Shown here piece by piece: positions 27,414 to 36,151 of a stretch of DNA of 56,356 nucleotides. Numbering within the stretch: position 1 is the stretch's first letter; each line of letters opens with the position of its first letter. The notes below the pieces were generated by a model. It searched no databases. It was given only the letters and a program-made list of their open reading frames with translations, and was not told where the DNA came from. The DNA comes from Planctomycetaceae bacterium (lineage in GTDB: Bacteria; Planctomycetota; UBA1135; GCA-002686595), in assembly GCA_050480685.1 (NCBI GenBank), contig JBJHAV010000001.1, positions 1-56,356 on the forward strand, given 5' to 3'. The position numbers and the translations under genes are program-made.

Positions 27414-28579
27414 GATCTCGTGCGCTCCTTCGCCACGAAGAGCGCTAGCTTGCGGCCGAAGTGGAGCAGCATCCCGGCGGCGATCACCAGACAGGACCAG
27501 AGCGGCCAGGGATCGGAGGGGTTGCGCGAGACGGCCAAGGTCGAGAAAAGCGGATCGCCGGGCCGCGCGTTCGAGGGCCCCCAGGAGGCCTGGTAAAGCA
27601 CCAATCCGCGCTCCCGCAGCGGTTGGTTCATGGAGATGGTCACCGGTCGCGCGGTGCCACCTTCACGGACGAGCACATCGCTCGAAAACCAACTGGGCAT
27701 CGACGTGCGCGGGTGATCGACTTTCGTGAAGCGCTCCAGCGTGACCTCGAAGGGCATCGGCCAACGTTCGCGGCGCAGGTCGATGGCAAAAAGTTGACCT
27801 GCGACTTCCAGGGTCCAGGGCGCCGCATCGAAGGCCCACAGCATGCCCTGGGTGCGCACGCCCCCCGGTTCAACCACGTTGACGTAGGCCCCCGGTCCGT
27901 TGCGCTCCGATTGGCGATCGCGCGGCTCGGACCGCAGGAAAAATCCGTCGACCACGGGGACATCCACCTGGAAGGCCGGCCCCTTGGGCAAAGCCGTGGC
28001 GTTGCCGAACCAGTGGGTCACCTCCAGATCGAAGGGCAGGTCCGGATCGGCAAACACGAGCGGCGCGTCCGGCCGGGCATGGGCCAAACGGCGCTGGTTC
28101 ACCACCCGCTCTTCCACGCGGCCATCGGGCAAGATGCGCGAAATCGCGATCTCGTTGGTGTGGTAACTCTGGAACGAGCGCGACGTCTGACCCTCATAGA
28201 GTGTCGTGTGCCCATCCTCGGCAAAGTGCAGCTTGACGAAGCCCGAGAGCAGCAGGAAAGCGATCCCGACGTGGGTCACTAGGATGCCGGCCGTTGCCCA
28301 AGAGCGCCGCAGTCGCAGCACGCCGCCGACGAACAGATTGATGCCGAGCAGGCTCAGAACGAGGTTCGCGCCGGGCAGCGGAATCGTTACGGGTCCGGCC
28401 CAGTGAACGAGGGCGTAGGACTCGAAGTACTTCTTCTGGACGTCGTAGAGTCCGTACTCGACCTGCTCCAAAGTGCCCAGGAAGGTCAAAAGACCCAGCA
28501 GCAGGAGCAGGACGAACGCCAGCCGCATCGAACCCAAGACCGACCCGATGCGCCCACCCAAACTGCGAGCTCGTTTCAT
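27410..28579 (-). CDS. resB: Cytochrome c biogenesis System II protein ResB/CcsB (Ccs1)
   Basis: N-terminal MRLAFVLLLLLGLLTFLGTLEQ, a large periplasmic loop and a C-terminal TM helix, matching ResB layout. Coupled to ccsA. Confidence 0.8.
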   Translation of the reverse strand: MKRARSLGGRIGSVLGSMRLAFVLLLLLGLLTFLGTLEQVEYGLYDVQKKYFESYALVHWAGPVTIPLPGANLVLSLLGINLFVGGVLRLRRSWATAGILVTHVGIAFLLLSGFVKLHFAEDGHTTLYEGQTSRSFQSYHTNEIAISRILPDGRVEERVVNQRRLAHARPDAPLVFADPDLPFDLEVTHWFGNATALPKGPAFQVDVPVVDGFFLRSEPRDRQSERNGPGAYVNVVEPGGVRTQGMLWAFDAAPWTLEVAGQLFAIDLRRERWPMPFEVTLERFTKVDHPRTSMPSWFSSDVLVREGGTARPVTISMNQPLRERGLVLYQASWGPSNARPGDPLFSTLAVSRNPSDPWPLWSCLVIAAGMLLHFGRKLALFVAKERTRS

Positions 28580-29859
28580 CGGACCTCCTCAAGGGAAGAG
28601 AGCAGTTCGAGGAAGTGCCCGCGCTGCGCCCTTGCGGTGGCCTGCGGCCCGATCAGCTTGAGGAAAACCGTGCGCTGGTCCAGCATCGCCACGGCGCCCA
28701 GCAGGTAAGCGTTCTCGAGGGAGCTCTCGCCCATGCCGCGGTAGTGGCCGGTGGCTTCGATCAGCACCGCTTGGACTCCTAGGGCGTCCACGCGCTCCAA
28801 TGAGGCGTGTTCGGCCGGGGACAGGGGCCCGAGTCCGATTTGACCGCGCCAGCGATCCAGGTTGGATCGCACACCACCGCCGTCGCCGGCCAGCACCGCC
28901 ATGTAGATCTCGACTTCCCCTTGCGTGCCTGCGTGCCACGTGGCGACGCGCATGGGCCTGGCCGCCCCGTCGACCCAAGGATCGGGTCGGGTCCACGCCA
29001 GCCCCTGGCCGCCCGTGCGCGCTTCGGAAGCGCCCTGATGCGCGCCACCGACGTAAGCCCGTGCGCCCGGTTCCTTCGCCCCATGCTCGGCGCAGTCGTC
29101 CCAGTCGTGATCGGAACCATGCCCGTGGGTGTACCCGTGATCGGTTGCTGGCCACTCGAATCGCAGGGAGGCGGCAAAGGTCTCGAACGCCGCGAGCTCC
29201 GCGCGCACGATCTCCTCGGGGCCGGTGAATTTGAGGAAGGCGGAACCTTCCGGATCCACAGCCAATAGCCCGAGCATGCGATATCCGGGCCCACCACCCG
29301 CCGCCGGATCACTGGGTAGCGCCATGCCCCCGTAGGTCCCCGCTGCGTCGAACCAGACCGCGGGCACACCCAGCAACGTGCGGCGTTCCAACGCAGCGAT
29401 CCCCGCTTTACCGAAAGGGGCGAGGCCGAGTTGTGCGCGCCAACGATCCACGTTGGCCGCCAGCCCTCCGCCGTCCCCATTCAAGAACGTCAGCGTCACC
29501 TCGGCGCGCGCATCACCGGCGGCCAGGAGGTTGAGCGTGCGCATGTCCGTGGGCGCCAACTCGCGCCAGCCCTCGGGAAGCTCGTGGGCCAGAACCGGTT
29601 CCGAAGCCTGCCCCGCGGAAGGCGCCGCTTGCCTCCCGGTGCCCCCCGCCTGCCGCCCCGGGGCCGCTGCCCCCGTGAAGCCAAAGCGCTCCGCCGTGGG
29701 GACGCCCATGCGCGGAGCACGTTCCTCGACCACACGGACCACGTCGAAGCTTTCGAGCCCGCGATGGGCATCGCCGCAGCCCACGCCCCACCAGGCGAGG
29801 CAGCCCACAAGCCACGGAGCCCCGCTATTTCGAATCCTCTGCACCAACACCCCCTCCAC
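28576..29859 (-). CDS. Lipoprotein with two tandem copies of an uncharacterised ~140-aa domain joined by a His-rich linker
   Basis: Motif GDGGGxxxNxDRWRxQxGLxP occurs twice (aa 128-147 and 325-344) inside two alignable halves. Linker HGYTHGHGSDHDWDDCAEHG. ATGA overlap with resB. Alternative GTG/TTG starts are possible. Confidence 0.65.
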   Translation of the reverse strand: MEGVLVQRIRNSGAPWLVGCLAWWGVGCGDAHRGLESFDVVRVVEERAPRMGVPTAERFGFTGAAAPGRQAGGTGRQAAPSAGQASEPVLAHELPEGWRELAPTDMRTLNLLAAGDARAEVTLTFLNGDGGGLAANVDRWRAQLGLAPFGKAGIAALERRTLLGVPAVWFDAAGTYGGMALPSDPAAGGGPGYRMLGLLAVDPEGSAFLKFTGPEEIVRAELAAFETFAASLRFEWPATDHGYTHGHGSDHDWDDCAEHGAKEPGARAYVGGAHQGASEARTGGQGLAWTRPDPWVDGAARPMRVATWHAGTQGEVEIYMAVLAGDGGGVRSNLDRWRGQIGLGPLSPAEHASLERVDALGVQAVLIEATGHYRGMGESSLENAYLLGAVAMLDQRTVFLKLIGPQATARAQRGHFLELLSSLEEVR

Positions 29860-30012
29860 GACGGGACGCCGCCCGGTCGTTTCGGGCCCATCGGTTCGAG
29901 TAGGAGGTGAACTTGAGGGGGGAGCTACGGACAGAGCCGCGAACTGGGAGTCGGGGGCCGTTGCCCGTGCGCCCGAGGATCCCTACGTTGTTTCCCCAGC
30001 CCAGGAATCCAG

Positions 30013-31155
30013 ATGGCGGAACCCTTCAAGAATCTACTTGGGCCCGAGGCCATCCGCCGCGCCTCGGGACATCTGGAGCGCGCCGTCGCGGGCTTCGACG
30101 GGCGGGCCTTCGAGCGCCACGCCCTGAAGGGCCTCGACCGCTTGGAGTTCAAGGCCCGCGCGCAACACATCGCCGATGCCATCGAACGCCAACTGCCCGC
30201 GGACTTTCCGAAGGCGGCGCGCGCCTTGCGCGGCGCGCTTGCCGAGGTGCGCGGCGACGAGGCGATCTCCGAGGTCAGTGCGCACCCGAGCGGCCTGTGC
30301 GGCTGGATCCTGTGGCCTGTGGGCGTATGGGTAGAACGCCGCGGACTGGACCATCCCGACGCCGCCCTGGACCTGCTCCGTGAATTGACCCAGCGTTTCA
30401 CCGCCGAGTGGGCCTTGCGGCCGTTCCTCGAGCATCACCGCGAGCGGACCTTCGCGCAGCTCGAATCGTGGTTGAGCGACCCGAGCCATCATGTGCGTCG
30501 CCTGGTGAGCGAAGGTTCGCGCCCGCGCTTGCCCTGGGGCCGGCAGTTGCGCTTCCTGATCGAGGACCCGACTCCCACCCTCGGACTGCTGGAGCGCTTA
30601 CTCGACGACTCTTCGGCCTACGTGCGTCGCAGCGTCGCCAACCATCTGGGCGATATCGGCAAGGACCATCCCGCGGTGCTTGCGGAATTCGTGGAGCGCC
30701 ACCTGCCCGGCGCGACCGGCGATCGCGTGGCTCTCCTGCGTCACGCGTGCCGCGTGCCCATCAAAGCCGGCGACCGTCGCATTCTAGCAGCCTTTGGTCT
30801 CGCCGCCGACTTCCAGGGCGAGGCCCTGCTGCGCCTCTCGGCCAAACGCGTGACCCTGGGAAACCACATCGGCCTGGACGTCGAACTGCGCTCAACCGCG
30901 CGCCGCCCACAGGTCCTCGAAATCGATTACGCCGTGTGGCACCAGGGGGCGAACGGCCTGCGGCCGCCCAAGGTCTTCAAGGGCTGGCGCAAAGCGATTC
31001 CGCCCGGCGAGCGGCTCCAGCTCGAAAAGCGCCATCCACTGGTAGTCATCACCACCCGCCGTTACTACCCCGGCGAGCACCGAATCGAACTGCGCATCAA
31101 CGGCCGCGCCGTCGCCGAGCAGACCTTTCGCCTTTCCCTGCCACGCGAGGGGTGA
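30013..31155 (+). CDS. DNA alkylation repair protein, HEAT-like repeat family (AlkC/AlkD-like)
   Basis: VRRLVSEGSRPRLPWG and SAYVRRSVANHLGDIGKDHP are typical of the DNA alkylation repair enzyme family. Divergent from the cytochrome block. Confidence 0.65.
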   Translation: MAEPFKNLLGPEAIRRASGHLERAVAGFDGRAFERHALKGLDRLEFKARAQHIADAIERQLPADFPKAARALRGALAEVRGDEAISEVSAHPSGLCGWILWPVGVWVERRGLDHPDAALDLLRELTQRFTAEWALRPFLEHHRERTFAQLESWLSDPSHHVRRLVSEGSRPRLPWGRQLRFLIEDPTPTLGLLERLLDDSSAYVRRSVANHLGDIGKDHPAVLAEFVERHLPGATGDRVALLRHACRVPIKAGDRRILAAFGLAADFQGEALLRLSAKRVTLGNHIGLDVELRSTARRPQVLEIDYAVWHQGANGLRPPKVFKGWRKAIPPGERLQLEKRHPLVVITTRRYYPGEHRIELRINGRAVAEQTFRLSLPREG

Positions 31156-31184
31156 GCCCCGACCTGGGCCGCTTTGACCTTGCC

Positions 31185-33755
31185 ATGCCCCAACGAGCCG
31201 CCCTCTTCCTCCTCGCACTCGTCGCCGTCACCGCCGGTCTGCTGCTTTTTTGGCGCACGTCCGCACCGACCGCGACATCGCCAGCCTTCCCCCAGCCCTC
31301 CACGCAGCCGGCAGCCGCTCCGCCGGCACTCGTACCCGACCCGCTGCACGAAGCCCGCCCCCGCACCGAACGCCAAGCCCTACCTGCTCCCGCAGGGATC
31401 GAGCCTGGGGCCGAAGAGATGGCCTCGGCTGCCCGACCCTTTGTCCCCGGCCCCTCCGATGGCTTCGGCGTGCGCGTGCGCTTTGCGGACGGCGAGCCCG
31501 CCGCGGGCGCGCGCGTGGAGTCCCTGGGCGCGGAGCTATACCTCAGCCCCGGGCGCATCGCGCTCGAAGTGAGAGCGGAGCGCGCCGCCCGCCAGAACCA
31601 AGCCCTTCCACCGACCTTTGACGGCGCCCACGCGGATCGGCGCTTCAGGGCCGATGACGAGGGTTGGGTACGGGTCCCCGATCTCGGCCTCGGCCAGATG
31701 TTGCTCGCGTTCGCCGAGCGCGACGAAAAGGAATGGGTCGCAAGCCTGCACCTTTGGCAAGCGCGCCGCGATCGACCCGTCGGCGAGATCGAACTGGTAC
31801 TGGAACCCCGCGTCGAACTCGAAGTCGAACTCGTCGATGCTCGCGGCGAGCCCGCCCCAGGCGTTGCGCTCTACGTGATCGGGGACCTTCCGATGGACCA
31901 CGGCCGCTGGCCCAACTCTTTGCGGGGGAGCCAGCTGGGTCGAACTGCGGCGCTTGGGGCACGCACGGATGGCGCCGGGCGTGCGCGGCTGGCGGAGCGC
32001 GCCATTCGGTTCCGCGATTTGGACCGCCCCGCCTTGTACGTGGCCTTGCCCTTCGACCCACCCATTGTGCCCTTCCTGGAGGAGACTCCCGGTGGCGGAC
32101 CGTGGCGCATCGTGCTCCCGCCCACGGGGTCCGTGCATGTCCAGGGCGCTCGCAGCGAGGTGTTCTTGCAGGTGGAGGGATCCGGCGCGCGGCCTTCCTC
32201 CACCTCGCTTCCTATTGACGGACGAGCCGAGTTCCCGCTGGTCGGGCTCGGTCTGAACCTGCGCGCCCAGGACCGCAGCGAGTCCGCGGCCCCTAGGCAC
32301 TTCGCAGGTCCAACCGAACCCGGCGAGCGGATCAAGGTGACCTTGGAGTCCAAGCGACTCTGGCGCCTGAATTTGGTGGATGCGGCTGGACAGGCGCTTG
32401 CGGATCGGACCGTTCGTGTGTCGGAGCGATCGGGGCGCAGCGCCATGTCCGGATACACCCTGACGGATGAAGCCGGTGGGCTCGACTTTGTGCCTAGATT
32501 GGAAGTCGGAGAAACCTGGCGCTTGGAGCTCGAAGTCGGAAACGAAGGTCCGAAATCGTCACATCACTTGAACGCCCGGATGGACTCGCTGCCGCCAGAA
32601 GAAGGGGAAGTCCAGGTCGTGCTTTACCCTGCCCCCCACCACGGCACGGGGCGTGTGCTCAATGACGTCGGCGATGCGGTCGCAAATGCCGAAGTCTTCC
32701 TCGTTCCGGAGGATCAACTCTTCGTCGCCAACAACATCTTCGGTCGCGGCCCTTTCGCGGTCACGGACAACGAAGGCCGCTTCGAGCTCGCGGGACCTCT
32801 GCCCGACCTCTTCGGGGATCTGCCCCTGGTCCGCTTCGCACGGCGGCCCGGGTATCCCGACTCGCTGCCCGTTCCCCACCGGCCCGGAGAAGACTCCGTG
32901 CTCGTCCTGGCGCGACCGGCGGAGGTGTCCTTCGAAATCCATTGGCCCGAAGGCTTTGCGATCGAGAGCCTCTCGTTCGAGCTGCGCTCTCCCCACGGCA
33001 CTCGCCTGTTGATGGACAGCCCCGGCGAGGCCGACACACCCGAACCCGGCGTGCGTAGCCGCCGGTGGCACGCCATGGGGGCCCCCAGTGGAGACATCGA
33101 ACTTCACGCCCACTCCCAGCTCGACGGCGCCTGGCTCACCTCGTGGCCGCTCCACGCGCCGGCCGGGCAGCGCGCGGAGCTGGACCCCATCGATCTACGT
33201 ACCGCAGTACCAATGAGTGCTGTGACGGTGCACTTGGAGGACCCCTCGAAGGTGCGGCACATTCGGCTCACCGGGCAGGTCGACGGCCTCTCGCACAGGA
33301 CCTGGATGGCGCCGGACATGTGGCTCCTGCCCAGGCCCGCGTCTGCCTTGGTACTCTCGGCCAAAGCGGAAGGACACCGCACCATCGCGTTGACCTGGGA
33401 CGGTTCCCCCTTGCGACTCGACTTTGAAATCGGCTGGCGGCTACCCGTTCGATTTTCGCCGGGCTTCGAAACTCCGGTCGAGTACGGCCCCCTGCATGTG
33501 CACTTCAACCTGACGGGGCCGGGTGGAAGTACGCCCAGCTCCCACTCCCTGGACTTTTCCCGCTCGGCGACCCAAGAGCTTCGGATCGAGGGCCCAGGTA
33601 CGCTCCGTGGTTATCCCTTCCTGCCGGAAGCTCCCGATCCGTTCGGGCCGCAAGTGACGATCGAACTCGACCTCGAACGCCTCGAAAGCGGAGAGCCGTT
33701 GGTGCTCGAGTTTGACCGCGAACGTTGGCAAGCCTGGTTGGATCGCCAGCGCTGA
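31185..33755 (+). CDS. Large N-terminally anchored secreted protein with repeated beta-sandwich-like (carboxypeptidase-regulatory-like) segments
   Basis: ATG at 31185 followed by AALFLLALVAVTAGLLLFW. Recurrent V(D/E)xxGxPxxGxxV-type segments. The ORF-track extension back to 30408 overlaps the AlkC-like gene and is junk-like. Confidence 0.6.
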   Translation: MPQRAALFLLALVAVTAGLLLFWRTSAPTATSPAFPQPSTQPAAAPPALVPDPLHEARPRTERQALPAPAGIEPGAEEMASAARPFVPGPSDGFGVRVRFADGEPAAGARVESLGAELYLSPGRIALEVRAERAARQNQALPPTFDGAHADRRFRADDEGWVRVPDLGLGQMLLAFAERDEKEWVASLHLWQARRDRPVGEIELVLEPRVELEVELVDARGEPAPGVALYVIGDLPMDHGRWPNSLRGSQLGRTAALGARTDGAGRARLAERAIRFRDLDRPALYVALPFDPPIVPFLEETPGGGPWRIVLPPTGSVHVQGARSEVFLQVEGSGARPSSTSLPIDGRAEFPLVGLGLNLRAQDRSESAAPRHFAGPTEPGERIKVTLESKRLWRLNLVDAAGQALADRTVRVSERSGRSAMSGYTLTDEAGGLDFVPRLEVGETWRLELEVGNEGPKSSHHLNARMDSLPPEEGEVQVVLYPAPHHGTGRVLNDVGDAVANAEVFLVPEDQLFVANNIFGRGPFAVTDNEGRFELAGPLPDLFGDLPLVRFARRPGYPDSLPVPHRPGEDSVLVLARPAEVSFEIHWPEGFAIESLSFELRSPHGTRLLMDSPGEADTPEPGVRSRRWHAMGAPSGDIELHAHSQLDGAWLTSWPLHAPAGQRAELDPIDLRTAVPMSAVTVHLEDPSKVRHIRLTGQVDGLSHRTWMAPDMWLLPRPASALVLSAKAEGHRTIALTWDGSPLRLDFEIGWRLPVRFSPGFETPVEYGPLHVHFNLTGPGGSTPSSHSLDFSRSATQELRIEGPGTLRGYPFLPEAPDPFGPQVTIELDLERLESGEPLVLEFDRERWQAWLDRQR

Positions 33756-33806
33756 GCATGCCGGTTCGTGCGCCGTCCCGCGGACGGAAAGACGCAGGCC
33801 CTCGCC

Positions 33807-34727
33807 TCAGAACTGGAAAGTCAAACGCACCCGACTGGAGAAGGCCCACTCCGACAGCACCGGACAGCCCCCTGCTCCCGGGGCGTAGGTCGCCCATTGA
33901 ACGTCGAGCGCTCCGCCGCTCAAACCCGCTTGACAGGGCACCACGAGGGAGTGGAACGCCCGGCCGGAGGCCACCGGCTTGATGAAGTAGATCCCGAGCG
34001 GCTGGATTTCGCAGGGCCCGCAGACGAGCGGGATGCTCGCGGTGGAAGCGAGGTTCAGGATGGCAATCGTCTGGTCGCCGGGGGAGCCGTTCAATCGCAG
34101 GGTCAGCGTGCTCGAACCAATCGCAGCGGCCCCATCCACGATCGCATTGCCGCCCCCGCAGCCGCCACCCAAGGGTGTCACGTTCGAGCCTGTGCCGAAC
34201 GACACGCGCTGGCCGAGGATGTCGCCGATTCCCGAGTTGATGCGGCACATCACGAGCAAACCCTCCTCGGGCTCCGCACTACCCGCCACGGCTGGCGCGG
34301 CCAAGGCCACACGCGCTTCGGCCGACGTTGTACTGCTCGCCACGGAACCCAGATTTTGGCACGGCGCACAGGAAGCGGAATCCAACGCGTGCAGCAGGAA
34401 GGACTCCGAGGTGGGCAGCAGGTCGCTGGATTGGACCCACGCCACGAAGGTCTTGCCCGGCCGAAAGGCCACGGCCGGGCGGCGGCCGTTGCCAAAGGTG
34501 AAGTTCGTCAACAGTTGCTCCGGACCTACCTCGATGGTGGCTCCGTTGCCGCTCAACCGCAGGCTGCGGGCCGCCAAATTGGTCCGACCCGCGGCCACTT
34601 GATGTTCGTAGGCCAGAACGAAGTCGGATCCGAGGCCGTCCAGGGCCGGGTGGCGCCGGTCGGCTCCCCCCGCGGCCAACACCGTCTCCGCGGTTGTTGC
34701 GCCCCCCCCAAGTGAAACCGTGCGCAT
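33807..34727 (-). CDS. C-terminal part of a frameshifted large secreted protein; in-frame coding signal continues upstream to about 34796
   Basis: Coding-like composition, Cys pairs, C-terminal ...VRLTFQF. The reading frame stays open upstream of the annotated Met (…GTRASGLPAFRGTATPGQTSLRM…). Confidence 0.55.
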   Translation of the reverse strand: MRTVSLGGGATTAETVLAAGGADRRHPALDGLGSDFVLAYEHQVAAGRTNLAARSLRLSGNGATIEVGPEQLLTNFTFGNGRRPAVAFRPGKTFVAWVQSSDLLPTSESFLLHALDSASCAPCQNLGSVASSTTSAEARVALAAPAVAGSAEPEEGLLVMCRINSGIGDILGQRVSFGTGSNVTPLGGGCGGGNAIVDGAAAIGSSTLTLRLNGSPGDQTIAILNLASTASIPLVCGPCEIQPLGIYFIKPVASGRAFHSLVVPCQAGLSGGALDVQWATYAPGAGGCPVLSEWAFSSRVRLTFQF

Positions 34728-36052
34728 GCGCAGTGAAGTCTGACCCGGAGTCGCCGTCCCCCGAAACGCCGGAAGACCACTGGCACGTGTCCCCCCGCCG
34801 TGCTCCGGCGGGGAACGGCCACTTGTCCAACGACCCCTTCCGTGGCCAAGTCCCAGGCCAATGGCTCGATGAAGCCGGAGAGCGACAGATTCCCGTTTTG
34901 ATCGCTCTGCACGCGAACGAAGCGCAGCGAGGCCAGGTTCTGATCGCGCCAGAGGACCACGAAGCGGTTCAGGGGGACCAGGGAGCGGTCGGCGGCGATG
35001 ACCGGCTCCGTGAGCGGATTGCCCACTGCGTTTGCGGCCGCGGAAAAGATCGGCCCGAAGGATATCGAACCTGTCCCGAAGTCCCGGCCGACCCGCATGC
35101 GAATGGAGTAGCCGTCCGTGGACGAGGATGCGCCCGGGGTGCGCTCCTGCCAGACGACGCCGAAGCGCGAGGAACCGAGGTCGGCGATCCTCGGGTTCTG
35201 GGCAAAGGACTGAAAGGGTGCCTGGGAGGGCGAAACTTCGAAGGCGATCTTGTTCGAGCCCGAAACGTTCGATGCGCTGCCCCGGATGACCGCGTGGTTG
35301 GCGGAAAACACCCGCTGGAACACGACCACGTGGTCGAAATCTCCCCCTACCAATCGCACCACGTCCGGGCGCAGGTCCTGTTGGGCGCCGCTCGACACGT
35401 TGAATACCGTGCCCACGAGAGGATCGACGAGCAGCGGATATCGCGCGGTCTCCACGAACTCGGCGGCCAGGCGCAACTGGAGCTCGCCGGGCGACCAGCG
35501 CAGCTCGCCGCCAGCCGTGCGGCCGTCCGCGTCAATGCCTGTCACGCCGCCGATCCGCACTCCGCCGACCCCGGGATACTCGAAGAGCAAACCACCGCAG
35601 GGCTGAGCAATGGGGTCCGGCAGGGTTGAGACGACGGGCACACGCAACACCAGATCCCCATCACCGACGGGACGTGCCGGGAGTAGGTAGGAGAACTCCA
35701 CGCCCCGGGGACCGATCTCCCAGCGTTCGCTCCTCCCCGCGCCCAGGTCGTAATCGACCCCGTTACCATTGCGGGCGAAGGCCATTCGGGGGAGCGGCTC
35801 ATCGGGGGCCGATTCACCTCGGCCCAGGCTCGCCGCACCGAAGTGCAGGGACTGAAGCGTCGGGACCAGATGCCCGAGGGCCGGCACGTAGCGAACTCCA
35901 CCGGGCTCGAAGTGAGCGCGGTAGTGGGGACCGATCGCCACATAGGCATCGGATTCGGCCCAAAGGCCGACCGCGTCGATGAACGAATTCTGGGCGGCGC
36001 CGGGTAGCCCGGCGGTGACGAGGAGCGCGGCGGCGAGTGCGGTCCGAAGCAT
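34553..36052 (-). CDS. N-terminal part of the same frameshifted secreted protein; the last ~80 codons are out-of-frame read-through
   Basis: Signal peptide MLRTALAAALLVTAGLPGAAQ. Composition turns Arg/Cys/Trp-rich junk after ...PRRSTAGG, at a G6 run on the coding strand (34791-34796). Confidence 0.55.
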   Translation of the reverse strand: MLRTALAAALLVTAGLPGAAQNSFIDAVGLWAESDAYVAIGPHYRAHFEPGGVRYVPALGHLVPTLQSLHFGAASLGRGESAPDEPLPRMAFARNGNGVDYDLGAGRSERWEIGPRGVEFSYLLPARPVGDGDLVLRVPVVSTLPDPIAQPCGGLLFEYPGVGGVRIGGVTGIDADGRTAGGELRWSPGELQLRLAAEFVETARYPLLVDPLVGTVFNVSSGAQQDLRPDVVRLVGGDFDHVVVFQRVFSANHAVIRGSASNVSGSNKIAFEVSPSQAPFQSFAQNPRIADLGSSRFGVVWQERTPGASSSTDGYSIRMRVGRDFGTGSISFGPIFSAAANAVGNPLTEPVIAADRSLVPLNRFVVLWRDQNLASLRFVRVQSDQNGNLSLSGFIEPLAWDLATEGVVGQVAVPRRSTAGGHVPVVFRRFGGRRLRVRLHCACARFHLGGAQQPRRRCWPRGEPTGATRPWTASDPTSFWPTNIKWPRVGPIWRPAACG

Positions 36053-36151
36053 GGCTGGAATGGACGGGGGTGGGGGCGACCACCGGGTCCATGGGCGATG
36101 CGGAGGGAGCGTTACGGCGGGCGGGGGCCGGCCCCCGGACCGGCGGCGGGG

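Noticed and set aside
30408-31184. N-terminal 259-codon extension of the 1115-aa ORF
   Set aside because: It overlaps the AlkC-like gene in another frame and is Arg/Pro-rich. An ATG at 31185 followed by a hydrophobic anchor is a far better start.
33773-33787. Short hairpin (CCGTCC-CGC-GGACGG) between convergent genes as a terminator
   Set aside because: Only 6 bp with a 3-nt loop and no U-tract. This is too weak to call in GC-rich DNA.
34279-34830. 183-aa third-frame ORF across the frameshift region
   Set aside because: Junk composition. The two flanking frames already explain the region as one gene with a 1-nt indel.
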